Shown here piece after piece: positions 24,334 through 33,858 of a DNA stretch of 38,265 bases. Each line of letters opens with the position of its first letter. Within the stretch, counting starts at the first letter, position 1. The DNA comes from a virus (lineage: Duplodnaviria > Caudoviricetes): positions 1 through 38,265 of IMG/VR virus record IMGVR_UViG_3300035491_000097. One strand, 5' to 3'. Below the pieces are notes generated by a model. The model made no database searches. It worked only from the letters and a program-made list of their open reading frames with translations, and was not told where the DNA came from. The position numbers and the translations under genes were made by a program.

Positions 24334-24795
24334 TCAGTTGATGTTGACGACGGGGCCGTTGATATCGATGCCCGCAGCACTGAGGCGGATCGTCGACGGG
24401 CCGCAGCGCAGCGTGATGCTGCCGGCGGCCGGCACGTCCAGCAGGTAGTGGCTGGCGGCGTGGTCGTATTCCTGCCGGGCGCCGTCGGGCCAGTCCTGCG
24501 CGGTGACTTCCGCGCGGTTGTCGTTCGGCTCGCCCTGCGTCGAGTAGAAGCCGGGGATGATGAAGCCGCTTGCGGCCTCGCCCGAGGGGCTGAACAGCAG
24601 CGCCTGCTCACCCACCGATGGCGGGCGCCAGTGCCGCACGGCGCCGGCGCCCTGGGTGAGCCAGGGCATCCAGGCCGATACCCACTCGCCCACTCGCAGG
24701 CGGCAGCGGGCGTTCGGCAGGTCCACCGCTTCGATGGTGCCGGCCTGGATCAGGGTGGCAAGGCGCCGGTCGTGCTCGGCGGTGGCGAAGCTCAT
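24334..24795 (-). CDS. Baseplate spike protein gpV
   Basis: W.PW...AG....W.PPSVGEQ....SP.G; DGA..EYD. Confidence 0.92.
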   Translation of the reverse strand: MSFATAEHDRRLATLIQAGTIEAVDLPNARCRLRVGEWVSAWMPWLTQGAGAVRHWRPPSVGEQALLFSPSGEAASGFIIPGFYSTQGEPNDNRAEVTAQDWPDGARQEYDHAASHYLLDVPAAGSITLRCGPSTIRLSAAGIDINGPVVNIN

Positions 24796-25349
24796 ATGGC
24801 AACTCCGTCCGGCGATTGGGCGAGCGTGTACAGGTGCTCATTGCCCGGCCCGGTTTCGGGGTCGTAGCCGAAGTAGAGCGCGGTGTCGGTGGCGCTGGTG
24901 GGTGTTTCGTACGGCCACTCGATTTCGCCGATGTGGAACTCGTGGCGCCACTCGACCAGCCACACCAGGTAGCCGTCCAGATCGGGGTGGGTCCAGTCCG
25001 GGGCGGCGCGCGAGAAGTCAGCCAGTGTGATCGGCAGGCCCCAGTTCTGGTTCTGCAGCAGGCGCACAAGGCGCGTGGCCAGCAGCGCCCCTTGCATGTC
25101 CGCGTGCACGGCGTTGGGGTCCACCACGATGCGCGCTTGAATGTGCCCGATCAGGGCGGTTTCTCCGGTGCCGGGGTCGGTACCGGGTTGCAGCCCGGCG
25201 ACTTCGCCGAGCACGCAGGGCAGGTCAAGTCGGCGACCGACCTGCGGCCAGAATTCAGCGGACTTGACCTCAGGCAGGGCCGCGGTGATGCCGGCGGTGA
25301 TCGCCGTGCACAGTTGCTCGAGGCTGATTTGTTCCGAGGTGTCCGTCAT
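24792..25349 (-). CDS. Probable tail completion/terminator protein
   Basis: Position between head-tail joining gene and gpV; D.GTGE, WGL, Y.VW.VEW motifs. Confidence 0.65.
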   Translation of the reverse strand: MTDTSEQISLEQLCTAITAGITAALPEVKSAEFWPQVGRRLDLPCVLGEVAGLQPGTDPGTGETALIGHIQARIVVDPNAVHADMQGALLATRLVRLLQNQNWGLPITLADFSRAAPDWTHPDLDGYLVWLVEWRHEFHIGEIEWPYETPTSATDTALYFGYDPETGPGNEHLYTLAQSPDGVAI

Positions 25350-25367
25350 GGGTAACTCCGGGCGGCA

Positions 25368-25676
25368 TCACCGGGGCCGCAGGATCAGGGCCGTGAGGCC
25401 TGTTCCGTCTGGCTCGATGTTGACCACCTCGTATTCGCCGCCATCGGGGGCCGGCAGGTTGATGATGACGACGGAGCCGCGCGCGGCTGTTGCGGCATCG
25501 GCGCTGCGCAGGGTGAGCTGCGGTTCCACCAGGCCGGTACCGAGCTTGCCGATGGCAGGCTCGCGCCAGAGCGAGGCGAACATGCCTTGCACCGGCGTGC
25601 CGTCGAGCGTGGCCGGGTCGGACAGGGCTGCGAACACAGCCCCGTCCACTTCGGCGACCAGGTCGCGGAAGGCCAC
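25368..25676 (-). CDS. Head-tail joining protein (lambda FII-like)
   Basis: About 100 aa beta-rich protein after the capsid gene, ending PDGTG...L.L. Confidence 0.7.
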   Translation of the reverse strand: MAFRDLVAEVDGAVFAALSDPATLDGTPVQGMFASLWREPAIGKLGTGLVEPQLTLRSADAATAARGSVVIINLPAPDGGEYEVVNIEPDGTGLTALILRPR

Positions 25677-25680
25677 GGCG

Positions 25681-26670
25681 TTACGCGGTCAGCTTGATCA
25701 CTGCGCGCGGGCGCGTGCAGATGTGCAGCGGGTTGGACTGCGCCTCGCCGATGACGCCCTTGTCGAACGGCAGGCGGTCGAGCTTGGCGTAGTGCGGCAC
25801 GCCGAGGGTGTTGACGGTTTCCATGTAGTTCGCCGGGGCGAAGATGGACTTGAACAGATCCTCGACGCCTTCGGGCACCAGATAGGCTTCGTTGGCGCCG
25901 ACGAACGCGGTGCTGCCGACCTTTCCGCGATAGCGCACCCACAGCACCCCGCCGAAGGTGAACGCCTGGCGGCGGTCGCCCAGCAGGCTGTCGGCCTTGG
26001 TGGACTGCAGGTAGACGTCTTTCACCGACTTGTCGGCGATCAGCTTGGCCCAGAAGGTCGAGCCGCACAGGGCGATGGCGCCGGTACCAGTTACGGTGCC
26101 GAGCGCGTCGTCCTGCATGTCCAGCGCAATGCCGGCCTTGGCGCTGACGTCAGCGGTGCCGAACTCCATGGCCAGGGTCTGCTGGGTGATGCCGAAGCGC
26201 TGGAACAGGTCGACCAGCGGCGTGGTGCCGTCCGCGTCGACGATCAGGCCCTTGATGGCGCCGATGCGCTGGAACTCGTGGGTGAGTTCCAGCTGCTTGC
26301 GCGCCTTCTCGATGTGGGCGTTGACCACGTCCTGCACGCCCTGCAGCTCGGTGCGCGAGCCGGCGGCGCGGATGCCCTGGATCTCGTCAGCGGTGATGGT
26401 GAACTGCTGCGGCAGGTGCACGTTGTTGAAGGGGATCAGCGTGCGCTTGCGGCCGATCACCACGCTGCCGGGTGCGCCGCGGGAGGCGGACGGGACCAGC
26501 GCGAGCACGTCGCCGTCCTTCTCGATCTGCTGGACCGTAGTGATGCTGCCCTCTTCGTTGAAGAGGCCCATCGCGGCGAGCTGGCCGGGGACGGGGTGCT
26601 CTTCGTTGATGGTGGCAACCAGGGACGTAACGCTAAACGCTTCGTCTTCGAAAATGGAGATGTCGGCCAT
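25681..26670 (-). CDS. Major capsid protein (lambda gpE family)
   Basis: F..AFS..SL...IN, T.EFQRIGA.KG...DADG, EAQSNPL..CTRP. Confidence 0.93.
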   Translation of the reverse strand: MADISIFEDEAFSVTSLVATINEEHPVPGQLAAMGLFNEEGSITTVQQIEKDGDVLALVPSASRGAPGSVVIGRKRTLIPFNNVHLPQQFTITADEIQGIRAAGSRTELQGVQDVVNAHIEKARKQLELTHEFQRIGAIKGLIVDADGTTPLVDLFQRFGITQQTLAMEFGTADVSAKAGIALDMQDDALGTVTGTGAIALCGSTFWAKLIADKSVKDVYLQSTKADSLLGDRRQAFTFGGVLWVRYRGKVGSTAFVGANEAYLVPEGVEDLFKSIFAPANYMETVNTLGVPHYAKLDRLPFDKGVIGEAQSNPLHICTRPRAVIKLTA

Positions 26671-26690
26671 TGTGGGCTCCTAGAAATGAG

Positions 26691-26712
26691 AAGCCCCGCA
26701 GATGCGGGGCTT
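26691..26712. other. Perfect hairpin between decoration and capsid genes
   Basis: AAGCCCCGCA-GA-TGCGGGGCTT; likely mRNA stability or attenuation element. Confidence 0.5.
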
Positions 26713-26729
26713 GGGAATGCCGGGTGGCG

Positions 26730-27080
26730 TTACGGGCGGATCACGATGCCCAGGGCGAACAGGTCGTCTTCGCCGGCGGTGTCGACGCCGGTGAGCAGGC
26801 GCCCCACCACTTCCGCGTCGCGGGCGATGACGGCGGCGCGCTGCGCTTCGGTCGAAATGCCGGCCGGGGCGAAGAGGATCGCTGCGGCCGCTTCGGTGCC
26901 GTCGGTGGCGTCCGCGCTGTAGGGTGCGTACTCGCCGGACGCGGTGACCTTGCCCAGCAGCTGGCCGGCGGGCAGGTTGGAGGCGGTAGCCGCCAGGGTG
27001 ACTTCTTCGCGCGAGCGCGTGCCGTTGGCCTCCGAAAGGAGGAATTCACCGGCGTGTACGCCTTCGGTCTTGTTGCTCAT
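26730..27080 (-). CDS. Head decoration protein (lambda gpD-like)
   Basis: EFLLSEANG.RSRE, G..LG..TASG.Y, DG.E.A.AIL; between protease and capsid. Confidence 0.88.
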   Translation of the reverse strand: MSNKTEGVHAGEFLLSEANGTRSREEVTLAATASNLPAGQLLGKVTASGEYAPYSADATDGTEAAAAILFAPAGISTEAQRAAVIARDAEVVGRLLTGVDTAGEDDLFALGIVIRP

Positions 27081-28273
27081 TGATGCGCTCCTTTCGAGGC
27101 TCGGGATTTACGGCTGGCGTAGATGGCGCCAGGGTCTGCTGCTTTGCTCTGCGCCGGGGCTGGCGTTTCATCCACGGGCGGATGGTTGGTGATCTGGATC
27201 TGGCCGCTGGCCGCGACGGCCTTGTCCCACAGCTTGGCCTTGGCGGCTTCGGGCTCGACGCCGTCGGCGATCAGCTGTTCGGCTTCGTCAGGCAGCTTGG
27301 CGAGGTTGCACAGGTCGCGAATGGCCTTGGCGCGGGCCATCTGCGCCTGGATGGCTTCGCGGCTTATCAGCCCGCTGGCCTTGATCAGCGCGCCGACCAG
27401 GTTGCTCATGCCCTGCTCCGCGCAGGCGGCTGCCAGTTCGGTGGCGAGCGCGGTGGCGTCTGGTTGATCGGGCTCCGGGTCGGCTGCTGGCTCGGGGTCA
27501 GCGGCTGGCTCCGGCTCGGGGTCGGGGTCGACCGTGGCCACCAGGTCCAGCGCGGCCTGGGGCGTGTTGCGGTAGCGGTTGAGGATCTTGCCGTGGGCGC
27601 AGTTGCTGGCCTTCGGCTGGCTGGCGGGCGTGACGGCATCGACGAAGCCTGCGGCGAGCGCCTCAGGCGGCGTCAGCCAGGTTTCGGCGTTGATCATGCG
27701 GCGCAGCTCGGCGTCATCGACCGTCAGGGCGCGGCGGTTGTAGCTGGCGACGATGGACTCGAAGGCCTTGTCCATCATCTCCGCGACCTTGCGCAGCTCG
27801 TCGCTGTCGCCGGCGGCGAAGGTCCAAGGGTTGTGGATCATGAACAGGGCGTTGTCGGCCATTTCCACCCGGTGCGCACCGCAGGCGGCGACGCTGGCGG
27901 CGCTGAAGCAGGCGCCGACGATGCGGGCGGTGCAGCGTTCGCCCAGCGCCTGCAGCATGTTGTGGATGGCGATGCCGTCGAAGAGGTCGCCGCCGATGCT
28001 GTCGATCATGACGTGCACCGGCGAGGTGCCATCGTCGAGCGCCTTGAGGTCGCGGACGAAGTCGGCCGAGGTGATGCCCCAGTAGCCGATCTCGCCGTAG
28101 ACGTAGACCTCGATGACAGGCTGCTCGGCCTCGCCAGCAGCTCGGATGCTGTACCAGTGTTCGGCCTGCAGCTGGGGGGCTGCGCCGGCCTTGTTCATGA
28201 TGCGCGGGCGGGCGAGCGTGCAGAGGCCCAGCTGCGCCCAGGCGGCTGCCATGGTGGAAAGGTGGCGGGTCAT
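27077..28273 (-). CDS. ClpP-type prohead protease fused to scaffold region
   Basis: YGEIG.WG, S.GG..FDG.AI.N, SAAS, FMIHNP, ETWL...EA...GF.D; ATG 28273 overlaps the portal stop. Confidence 0.9.
   Translation of the reverse strand: MTRHLSTMAAAWAQLGLCTLARPRIMNKAGAAPQLQAEHWYSIRAAGEAEQPVIEVYVYGEIGYWGITSADFVRDLKALDDGTSPVHVMIDSIGGDLFDGIAIHNMLQALGERCTARIVGACFSAASVAACGAHRVEMADNALFMIHNPWTFAAGDSDELRKVAEMMDKAFESIVASYNRRALTVDDAELRRMINAETWLTPPEALAAGFVDAVTPASQPKASNCAHGKILNRYRNTPQAALDLVATVDPDPEPEPAADPEPAADPEPDQPDATALATELAAACAEQGMSNLVGALIKASGLISREAIQAQMARAKAIRDLCNLAKLPDEAEQLIADGVEPEAAKAKLWDKAVAASGQIQITNHPPVDETPAPAQSKAADPGAIYASRKSRASKGAHQ
27469..27530 (-). repeat. Short coding tandem repeat (DPEPAA-like linker)
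   Basis: Encodes DPDPEPEPAADPEPAADPEPD between protease and scaffold parts. Confidence 0.7.
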
Positions 28274-29736
28274 TGGTCTTCCTCTTTCTCTGTCGCCGGC
28301 GGGCTGGCCGGGGCTGCGTTGGCGGCGGTGTAGGTGAGGCCGAGTTCGGCGGCGCGGCGGTTGTCCTGGGCGTTCTCTTCGTCGATCTGCTCGGCGTCGT
28401 AGCCTGTGCGCAGCACATGCTCGCTGCGGCTGTTGAGGCCGCCGGCGATTTCCTTGAGCTTGCCCTCGACGTCCTGCACCGGATGAATGTAGGCCCAGCC
28501 CTGCGGAATCCAGCGGGTGCGCAGGTATTCGCGGCGGCGCGCGGCGTAGTCGGGCAGTTCGATGGAGCCGGCCAGCACGGCGGTGTCGAGCCAGGCGGCG
28601 CGCACCGGGCGGCACAGCTGGAACACGTACACGCCGAACTGGAGTTGCTCGATGCGGCGGCGGAAGTCGTTCAGCAGCACCCGCAACACGCGGTCGCTGA
28701 TGTCGCCCATGTCGCCCGTCAGCAGCTCGTAGGGCAGGCCGACGCCAGCGGCGGTGGCCTGCAATTGCTGCCTCATGAAATCGACGTAGGTATTGCCGGC
28801 GTCGGGCGGATCGGAGAACTCGACCTCCTCGCCTTCCATGAGCTCCTGCATGCTGCCGGGCTCGAGGCCGACCATCGGGGCGCCATCGGCGTCGGCGTGG
28901 ATGGGCTGGCCGGTGATAGGGTCCAGAGGCTGCTGGCCTTCGCGCGCAGGCTTCTTGATGAAGCCGGCGAACAGGTTGCTGACCTCCTGCCGGAACAGGA
29001 CGGCGTCGTCGTAGTTGTCCAAGGACTTGAGGCGCAGCAGCACCGGGGCCAGCCGAGGCACGCCGCGCAGCTGGCCCGCCTCGGTGGGTTCGAAGATGTG
29101 CAGCACGTCGCTCGCCGGCACGCGATTCAGCGTGTTGTAGCCGGCGGCGGGGTTGGTCGGATCGCCGGGGTGGCGGGCGTACATCCAGTACGCGACGCGC
29201 TGGCCGAGGGCGTTGAACTCGATGCCGGCGCGCACTTCGTTGCCGCTGCGGGTCTTGAAGTGCTTGTCCGTCGGGACGTGCTCGGGCGCGAGCAGCTGCA
29301 GCTGCAGCGGCACGGCCAGGCCGTCTTCGGCGCGGCGCTTGCGCAGGCGCACGAAGCACTCGCCGCTTTCCTCGACCATGCGGGCAATCAATGCCTGCTG
29401 GCCGTAGAAGTCGGTGATGCCGTCGGCGTCCGATTCGTCTACCCAGTCCTCCCAGAGCAGGCGCAAGGTGCGGCGCAGATCGGCGTCTTCGATGCTCGCG
29501 CGCGGCGTGATGCCGGTACCGATGATGCTGGAGACGCGCTTGTCGATGGCGCTGTAGGCGTAGGGGTCGTTACGCACCGCAGCGCGCGAGCGCTTGCGCA
29601 GTGCCGGCAGGGCCGGAATCGCGATGGCGTTGATGGCGCCGTCCGGTGCGTCCCAGCCGGCGGCGCGGCGCCCTGTTGCGGCGCCCTCGTAGCTTGCGCG
29701 GATGCGCTTGGGGGTCAGGCGGATGCGGTTGCTCAT
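28270..29736 (-). CDS. Portal protein, lambda family
   Basis: LR.RSR..VRND, GECF.R, GIEF...G..VAY, GQ.RG.P, G.PYE.LTGD, W.YI.P..D. Confidence 0.95.
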   Translation of the reverse strand: MSNRIRLTPKRIRASYEGAATGRRAAGWDAPDGAINAIAIPALPALRKRSRAAVRNDPYAYSAIDKRVSSIIGTGITPRASIEDADLRRTLRLLWEDWVDESDADGITDFYGQQALIARMVEESGECFVRLRKRRAEDGLAVPLQLQLLAPEHVPTDKHFKTRSGNEVRAGIEFNALGQRVAYWMYARHPGDPTNPAAGYNTLNRVPASDVLHIFEPTEAGQLRGVPRLAPVLLRLKSLDNYDDAVLFRQEVSNLFAGFIKKPAREGQQPLDPITGQPIHADADGAPMVGLEPGSMQELMEGEEVEFSDPPDAGNTYVDFMRQQLQATAAGVGLPYELLTGDMGDISDRVLRVLLNDFRRRIEQLQFGVYVFQLCRPVRAAWLDTAVLAGSIELPDYAARRREYLRTRWIPQGWAYIHPVQDVEGKLKEIAGGLNSRSEHVLRTGYDAEQIDEENAQDNRRAAELGLTYTAANAAPASPPATEKEEDQ

Positions 29737-29939
29737 AGGCCTTTGCCTTTGCTGTACAGGCGCGTCACACGGGGGCGTGTCACGGTTGCGGTGGCCAGTT
29801 GCCGGGATATCTCGTCGCGGGCGCGCAGCAGCTCGTCCACGTCGCGGTATTCCACGGTGCGGTCCTGGTAGCGCACCAGGCGTTCGCCCTTGGCGATGGC
29901 CCGCTCTACCGTGGCGAGGTCGTCCTTCGTGAAAGCCAT
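29733..29939 (-). CDS. Head completion protein (lambda gpW-like)
   Basis: 68 aa, L..E.AIA.G...V.Y.DR.VEYR...EL; between terminase and portal. Confidence 0.85.
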   Translation of the reverse strand: MAFTKDDLATVERAIAKGERLVRYQDRTVEYRDVDELLRARDEISRQLATATVTRPRVTRLYSKGKGL

Positions 29940-29940
29940 G

Positions 29941-31914
29941 TCAGCGCCTCGATAGGTAGCCGCTGCGCGTGCTCCGGCGTGCCGGCATCGGCACCGGCGC
30001 TGGCGGCGGCGTGGGTTGTGGCTTTGCGGGAGTGGGCGACGGCGCTGGCTGGGCGGGCTGGTCGCTGGTGGCTGGGCTGTCGGTGAACAGCGAGCCTTGC
30101 GAGACGGCCTGGCGCAGGCGCGACCATTCGGGCTCGCGGTTGCGGTGCAGGCCCAGGTAATGCGCCATGGCCAGGTTGTACACGAGCAGGTCGAGCGCTT
30201 CGTTGCGCTCGGCCTTGCCCTTGACCCACTCGGTTTTCTTGTGGCCCTTGATGTAGCGGGCGATCTTCCGTTCCGCGACGCACTGCTGGTAGAAGTCCTC
30301 GGGCAGGTCCTGGCTGAAGTGCAGCGCGCCGGGGCCGTCGTGCATGGCGTAGCGGTTGTATATCCAGTCCTTCGCGGTGTCGGTGCCGATGATCCAGAGT
30401 TCGGCGCCGTCCTTCTGCGTCGAGCCCTTCCAGGTGACATCGACCTTCGACGGGCGCTGGGCGATCACCGGGCGGCTCGGCCGACTGGAGCCCTTGACCG
30501 CGAACACGTTGCGCCAACGGCGCAGGCGGGTGAACTGGTAGACCTCGTCGGTGTGGTGGCCGCCGGAGTCGACCGCCGCCGCGCAGATCGCCAGCTCGAC
30601 GCCGGAGGTGTGCCGATAACGGGTCTTCAGGTGTTCGTCCAGCAGCGCCCAGGTGCGCTCGTCCGAGGGGTCGCCCATGATGACCTTGTGGTCGACGATC
30701 CAGCGTTCCAGCCCTTCGCCCCAGCCCACCACCAACATCTCCAAGCGGTTGTGCTGGGTGTCGACGGCAGCCGTCAGGATCAGCGCGCCGCTGGGCACGC
30801 TGCCGAGCGAGTAGCTCTCGGCGCGGGCCTGCAGTTCACTGGCCTTGGTCATCTCCTGGGCCGAGTCCCACAGCCGCGCCAGGCGGGTGTTGTAGAACAC
30901 CTGCATGGGCTCGAGGTCGCCCTTGTCCTGCGCCTTCTTTGCCTTGTCGTACTGCTTGGCGAGGCCGAGCCAGCTGACCCAGCCGAGCGGGGCGTACAGC
31001 GCGTTGAGGTGGAAGCCGACCGTCTCGCCGTCGCCTTCGGCATGGGCGCGCCATTCGCCGCGGGCGAGCATGTCACCCTTGTGGTGTTCGTCGATCAGGC
31101 AGCCGCATTCGGGGTTGCAGCACAGGTACTGGACGTGACTGTAGTCGGCCGAGTACTTGAGGTTTTCCCACTCCAGCACTTGCATCTCGTCGCAGTGCGG
31201 GCACGGCACGTAGTAGTGGCGCTGGTCGCTCTCGGCGAACAGGTCGGCGATGCGCGAGGCGCCCTTGATGGTCGGCGAGCTGGAGAAGTAGACCTTGGCG
31301 TTGCGGCCGAATGTCGAGGTTCGCGTCTCGGCCAGTTCGATGGGGTCGCCTTCGTTGTCGACGTCGACATCCCAGCGGTCCACTTCGTCACCGTAGACGT
31401 AGCGCGCGGACAGTTCCGCCAGGTTGGATGCGGAGCCGGCGGTGGTGGCGTAGAGCGTGCCGCCTTCGAATTCCTTGGTGTCCATGGTGTTGCGCGAGTC
31501 GCGTGAGCGCGGCGAGGCGACGCGGCTGCGCAGTTCGGGCGTGGCTTCGATGGTCTTGCCGACCCGGCCGCTGACGCGCTTGGCCAGCGACAGGCTGGGC
31601 AGCAGCATCAGGATGTTGGCCGGGGCCATGTGGATGCAGCCGCCGATCCAGTTGAGGGCGATCTGCGTCTTCATCAGCTGCGAGGCGACCATGGTCACGA
31701 CGCGGCGGGCCGGGTGCCCGGGCGACAGGCAGCGCATCGGCTCGCGGGCGTAGGGCGTGCGGTCGGTGCGGTACGGGCCAGGCTCGGCGGCGCCGGTGTC
31801 GCGCGGGATGCGCATGTACTGGTCGGCCCATTCGTCGACCCACAGATCGGGGTCGGGGCGCAGGCCGCGCATGTAGGCCGCACGGTACGCGGCTGCACCG
31901 TCGGCGTAGGGCAT
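29941..31914 (-). CDS. Terminase large subunit, lambda GpA family
   Basis: RTPY.RE.M, Walker A-like ASQLMKT, Walker B YGDEVD, SSPT, YYVPCPHC, VDSGG, RNEALD. Confidence 0.95.
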   Translation of the reverse strand: MPYADGAAAYRAAYMRGLRPDPDLWVDEWADQYMRIPRDTGAAEPGPYRTDRTPYAREPMRCLSPGHPARRVVTMVASQLMKTQIALNWIGGCIHMAPANILMLLPSLSLAKRVSGRVGKTIEATPELRSRVASPRSRDSRNTMDTKEFEGGTLYATTAGSASNLAELSARYVYGDEVDRWDVDVDNEGDPIELAETRTSTFGRNAKVYFSSSPTIKGASRIADLFAESDQRHYYVPCPHCDEMQVLEWENLKYSADYSHVQYLCCNPECGCLIDEHHKGDMLARGEWRAHAEGDGETVGFHLNALYAPLGWVSWLGLAKQYDKAKKAQDKGDLEPMQVFYNTRLARLWDSAQEMTKASELQARAESYSLGSVPSGALILTAAVDTQHNRLEMLVVGWGEGLERWIVDHKVIMGDPSDERTWALLDEHLKTRYRHTSGVELAICAAAVDSGGHHTDEVYQFTRLRRWRNVFAVKGSSRPSRPVIAQRPSKVDVTWKGSTQKDGAELWIIGTDTAKDWIYNRYAMHDGPGALHFSQDLPEDFYQQCVAERKIARYIKGHKKTEWVKGKAERNEALDLLVYNLAMAHYLGLHRNREPEWSRLRQAVSQGSLFTDSPATSDQPAQPAPSPTPAKPQPTPPPAPVPMPARRSTRSGYLSRR

Positions 31915-31919
31915 GGCGA

Positions 31920-32507
31920 TCAGTCAGGCGCTCGTAGCGCCTGCTCCAGTTCGGCGGAGCTGACTCGCTCGGCATCTTCCAGCGCGCGGCGGATGGCGGC
32001 TGTGAGGCGGCGGTCCAGCTCCCAGGGGTCAGAGATTGCGGCGAGCTCGGGTGCGATCTGCTTGGGCAGGCCGAGCAGGAGGTCGCGCAGCATGCGCCCG
32101 GTGGCGAATGCGGCTGATTCAATCGCGGGCACTTCGGCCAGCAGGCCGTGGGCCTTGCGGTATTCGTCTTCGGCGAGGTTCGCCAGGTAGTGCTCGCGGC
32201 GGGCGCGGGCTTTCTGGAAATCGATGGGGCCGGCCTCTTGCGGCGGCGGCTCCAGGTCAGGTGCGGTCGGGGCGATGTGAGCCGCGACGCCTCGCGCGGC
32301 GCGCTCGCGCTGGTGGCGGTCGGCCACGCCGGCCTTGCTGGGGTCGGCGGTCTTGGCCAGCAGCGCCTCGGTGGCGGCGACGTCGACCTTCTTCCCGTCC
32401 GGAGCGAGCACGAGCCTGCCCTGCTCCTTCAGCTTCGTGACGTAGCCGGGCGAGACGCCGCGGTGCGCAGCGAAGGCGCTCTTCGTCAGGTACAAGGGAG
32501 AGGTCAC
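31920..32507 (-). CDS. Terminase small subunit (Nu1-like)
   Basis: N-terminal HTH (SAFAAHRGVSPGYVTKLK..GRL), coiled coil, directly upstream of terL. Confidence 0.85.
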   Translation of the reverse strand: MTSPLYLTKSAFAAHRGVSPGYVTKLKEQGRLVLAPDGKKVDVAATEALLAKTADPSKAGVADRHQRERAARGVAAHIAPTAPDLEPPPQEAGPIDFQKARARREHYLANLAEDEYRKAHGLLAEVPAIESAAFATGRMLRDLLLGLPKQIAPELAAISDPWELDRRLTAAIRRALEDAERVSSAELEQALRAPD

Positions 32508-32650
32508 GATTTCACCTAAACGGGCTGTTTTTTACCTTGGGGTGAAATTTCACTAACTCCGGCAACCAGTCGCTAGCGAGAAAGCGGGGCCCGAATTACC
32601 CGTGTCCGGCGGAGGCTCCAGGGGCCCCTGCGGGGTGCGCGGGGCTGGTG
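32508..32650 (-). promoter_or_regulatory. Candidate cos/packaging region
   Basis: Non-coding gap upstream of terS as in lambda; palindrome GTGAAATTTCAC (32542-32553) and repeat ATTTCACC (32509-32516). Confidence 0.4.
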
Positions 32651-32652
32651 CA

Positions 32653-33387
32653 TCACCGGGCGGTCCGGACCGCTTCGGCCAGGGCGTCACGCAGCTCGTT
32701 GCCGTAGTGCGCCTTCACGATGTTCTCGGCGATGGTGTGGAACGGGAAGATCACCCGGTATCCCGGGGCGCCATTCGTGAACACGAACACCGGGCGGACC
32801 GCATCGCCCCAGGCTGTGCTGCGGCGCTCCCAGATACCCTGGGTGCCTTCGATCTCCGCGACGAAGTAACGCTGGGCATTGCCCTTGCGCCGGCTGCGCC
32901 GGCTGCTGGTCGCGTTCGCCTGGTAGCCCCGGCGCTGCTCAGCGGCACCGAGGCCCGACAGCACCTTGGTGATTAGCCCGCGCGGGGCGTTGCCGTAGGC
33001 GTTCAGCATGTCGCTCGCCGGCACGGCGTACTGCCCGCGCCGCATGAGGCCGCCGGCGATCAACGCCTCCTCGAACCGTTTGTGCCTGCGCAGCCCGCCG
33101 TGCACTGCCTGCTGCAGGTAACGATCAGCCGGGATGCCAGTCGTCCAGCTATCCTTGAACCACACTCGCGCTTCCGGCTTCGCCTTCGTCGCGGGGCGGA
33201 TGAACAAGCTGTTCATCGTCGTGCTGGTCGGGCGGTCGAGCCGTCCGCGCATCACCTTCAGCATCCCGGCCTTTACGCGCTGCGCCGTCCGGGTAGCGGC
33301 TAGCACCCGGGCGAAAGGAATCTGCTCGCGCTCGAAGTCCGTCAGAAAGCGGTGCGCCTCAGTCGAATCAACATCGATCTTGAACAT
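32653..33387 (-). CDS. Basic phage morphogenesis protein (possibly gpZ-like)
   Basis: ATG 33387 (MFKIDVDS) with GGGAG RBS; Q.PFA...A.T.TA, DRPT..T.NS, GG.R..K.FE..L. Confidence 0.7.
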   Translation of the reverse strand: MFKIDVDSTEAHRFLTDFEREQIPFARVLAATRTAQRVKAGMLKVMRGRLDRPTSTTMNSLFIRPATKAKPEARVWFKDSWTTGIPADRYLQQAVHGGLRRHKRFEEALIAGGLMRRGQYAVPASDMLNAYGNAPRGLITKVLSGLGAAEQRRGYQANATSSRRSRRKGNAQRYFVAEIEGTQGIWERRSTAWGDAVRPVFVFTNGAPGYRVIFPFHTIAENIVKAHYGNELRDALAEAVRTAR

Positions 33388-33400
33388 GCGGCGCTCCCGA

Positions 33401-33748
33401 TCAGTTGTCCCGCTCCGACACGGCGGGCAGCTCAACGCCAGCCCGCTTGGCCAGATACCGCGCATACAGCCCGCCCGCCAGATCGGCACCCAGCAGGCCA
33501 ACGGGAATGGCGAGAGCGCCGGCCAGCAGATAGTCCTGCTTGAGCCAGTAAACCAGCATCAACGTAGCCATGCCGAACATCGCGCTACTGCCGAAGCGCA
33601 GCACCACCCGCTTGACCAGTTCGCCAACCGAAAGCCCAGCCACATCAGCCTGGCGCATCTCGCCAACCAGCCCAGCCAGTGCGACCGCAATGAGCAGCCA
33701 GGTCGGCATATCGGCCAGCACCTGCTGGGTCTGTTGCTCCGTCGTCAT
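33401..33748 (-). CDS. Holin (Pseudomonas pyocin/phage type)
   Basis: 115 aa, three hydrophobic segments, MT.EQQ...LADMP.W...GEM..AD pattern; GAGGAG RBS; first gene of the late operon. Confidence 0.8.
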   Translation of the reverse strand: MTTEQQTQQVLADMPTWLLIAVALAGLVGEMRQADVAGLSVGELVKRVVLRFGSSAMFGMATLMLVYWLKQDYLLAGALAIPVGLLGADLAGGLYARYLAKRAGVELPAVSERDN

Positions 33749-33832
33749 GCGCGGGCTCCTCGGCGGCGGAAATAGAAAAGCCCGCACGCGGCGGGCAAAG
33801 CTGACGGCGACCCGCCAACAGGAGATAAAGAC

Positions 33833-33858
33833 AAAGCCCCGCACGATGGCGGGGCTTT
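33833..33858 (-). terminator. Terminator in the late leader
   Basis: AAAGCCCCGC-6 nt-GCGGGGCTTT, continuing GTCTTT on the minus strand; a second GCCCGC/GCGGGC-TTTT hairpin lies at about 33776-33796. Confidence 0.7.

Noticed and set aside
28274-29359. N-terminal 362 aa of the 760-aa ORF (and similar extensions on gpW, avd, Rz and holin ORFs)
   Set aside because: Arg/Pro-rich off-frame read of the upstream gene; real starts lie at the stop/start overlaps or RBS-preceded codons given in features
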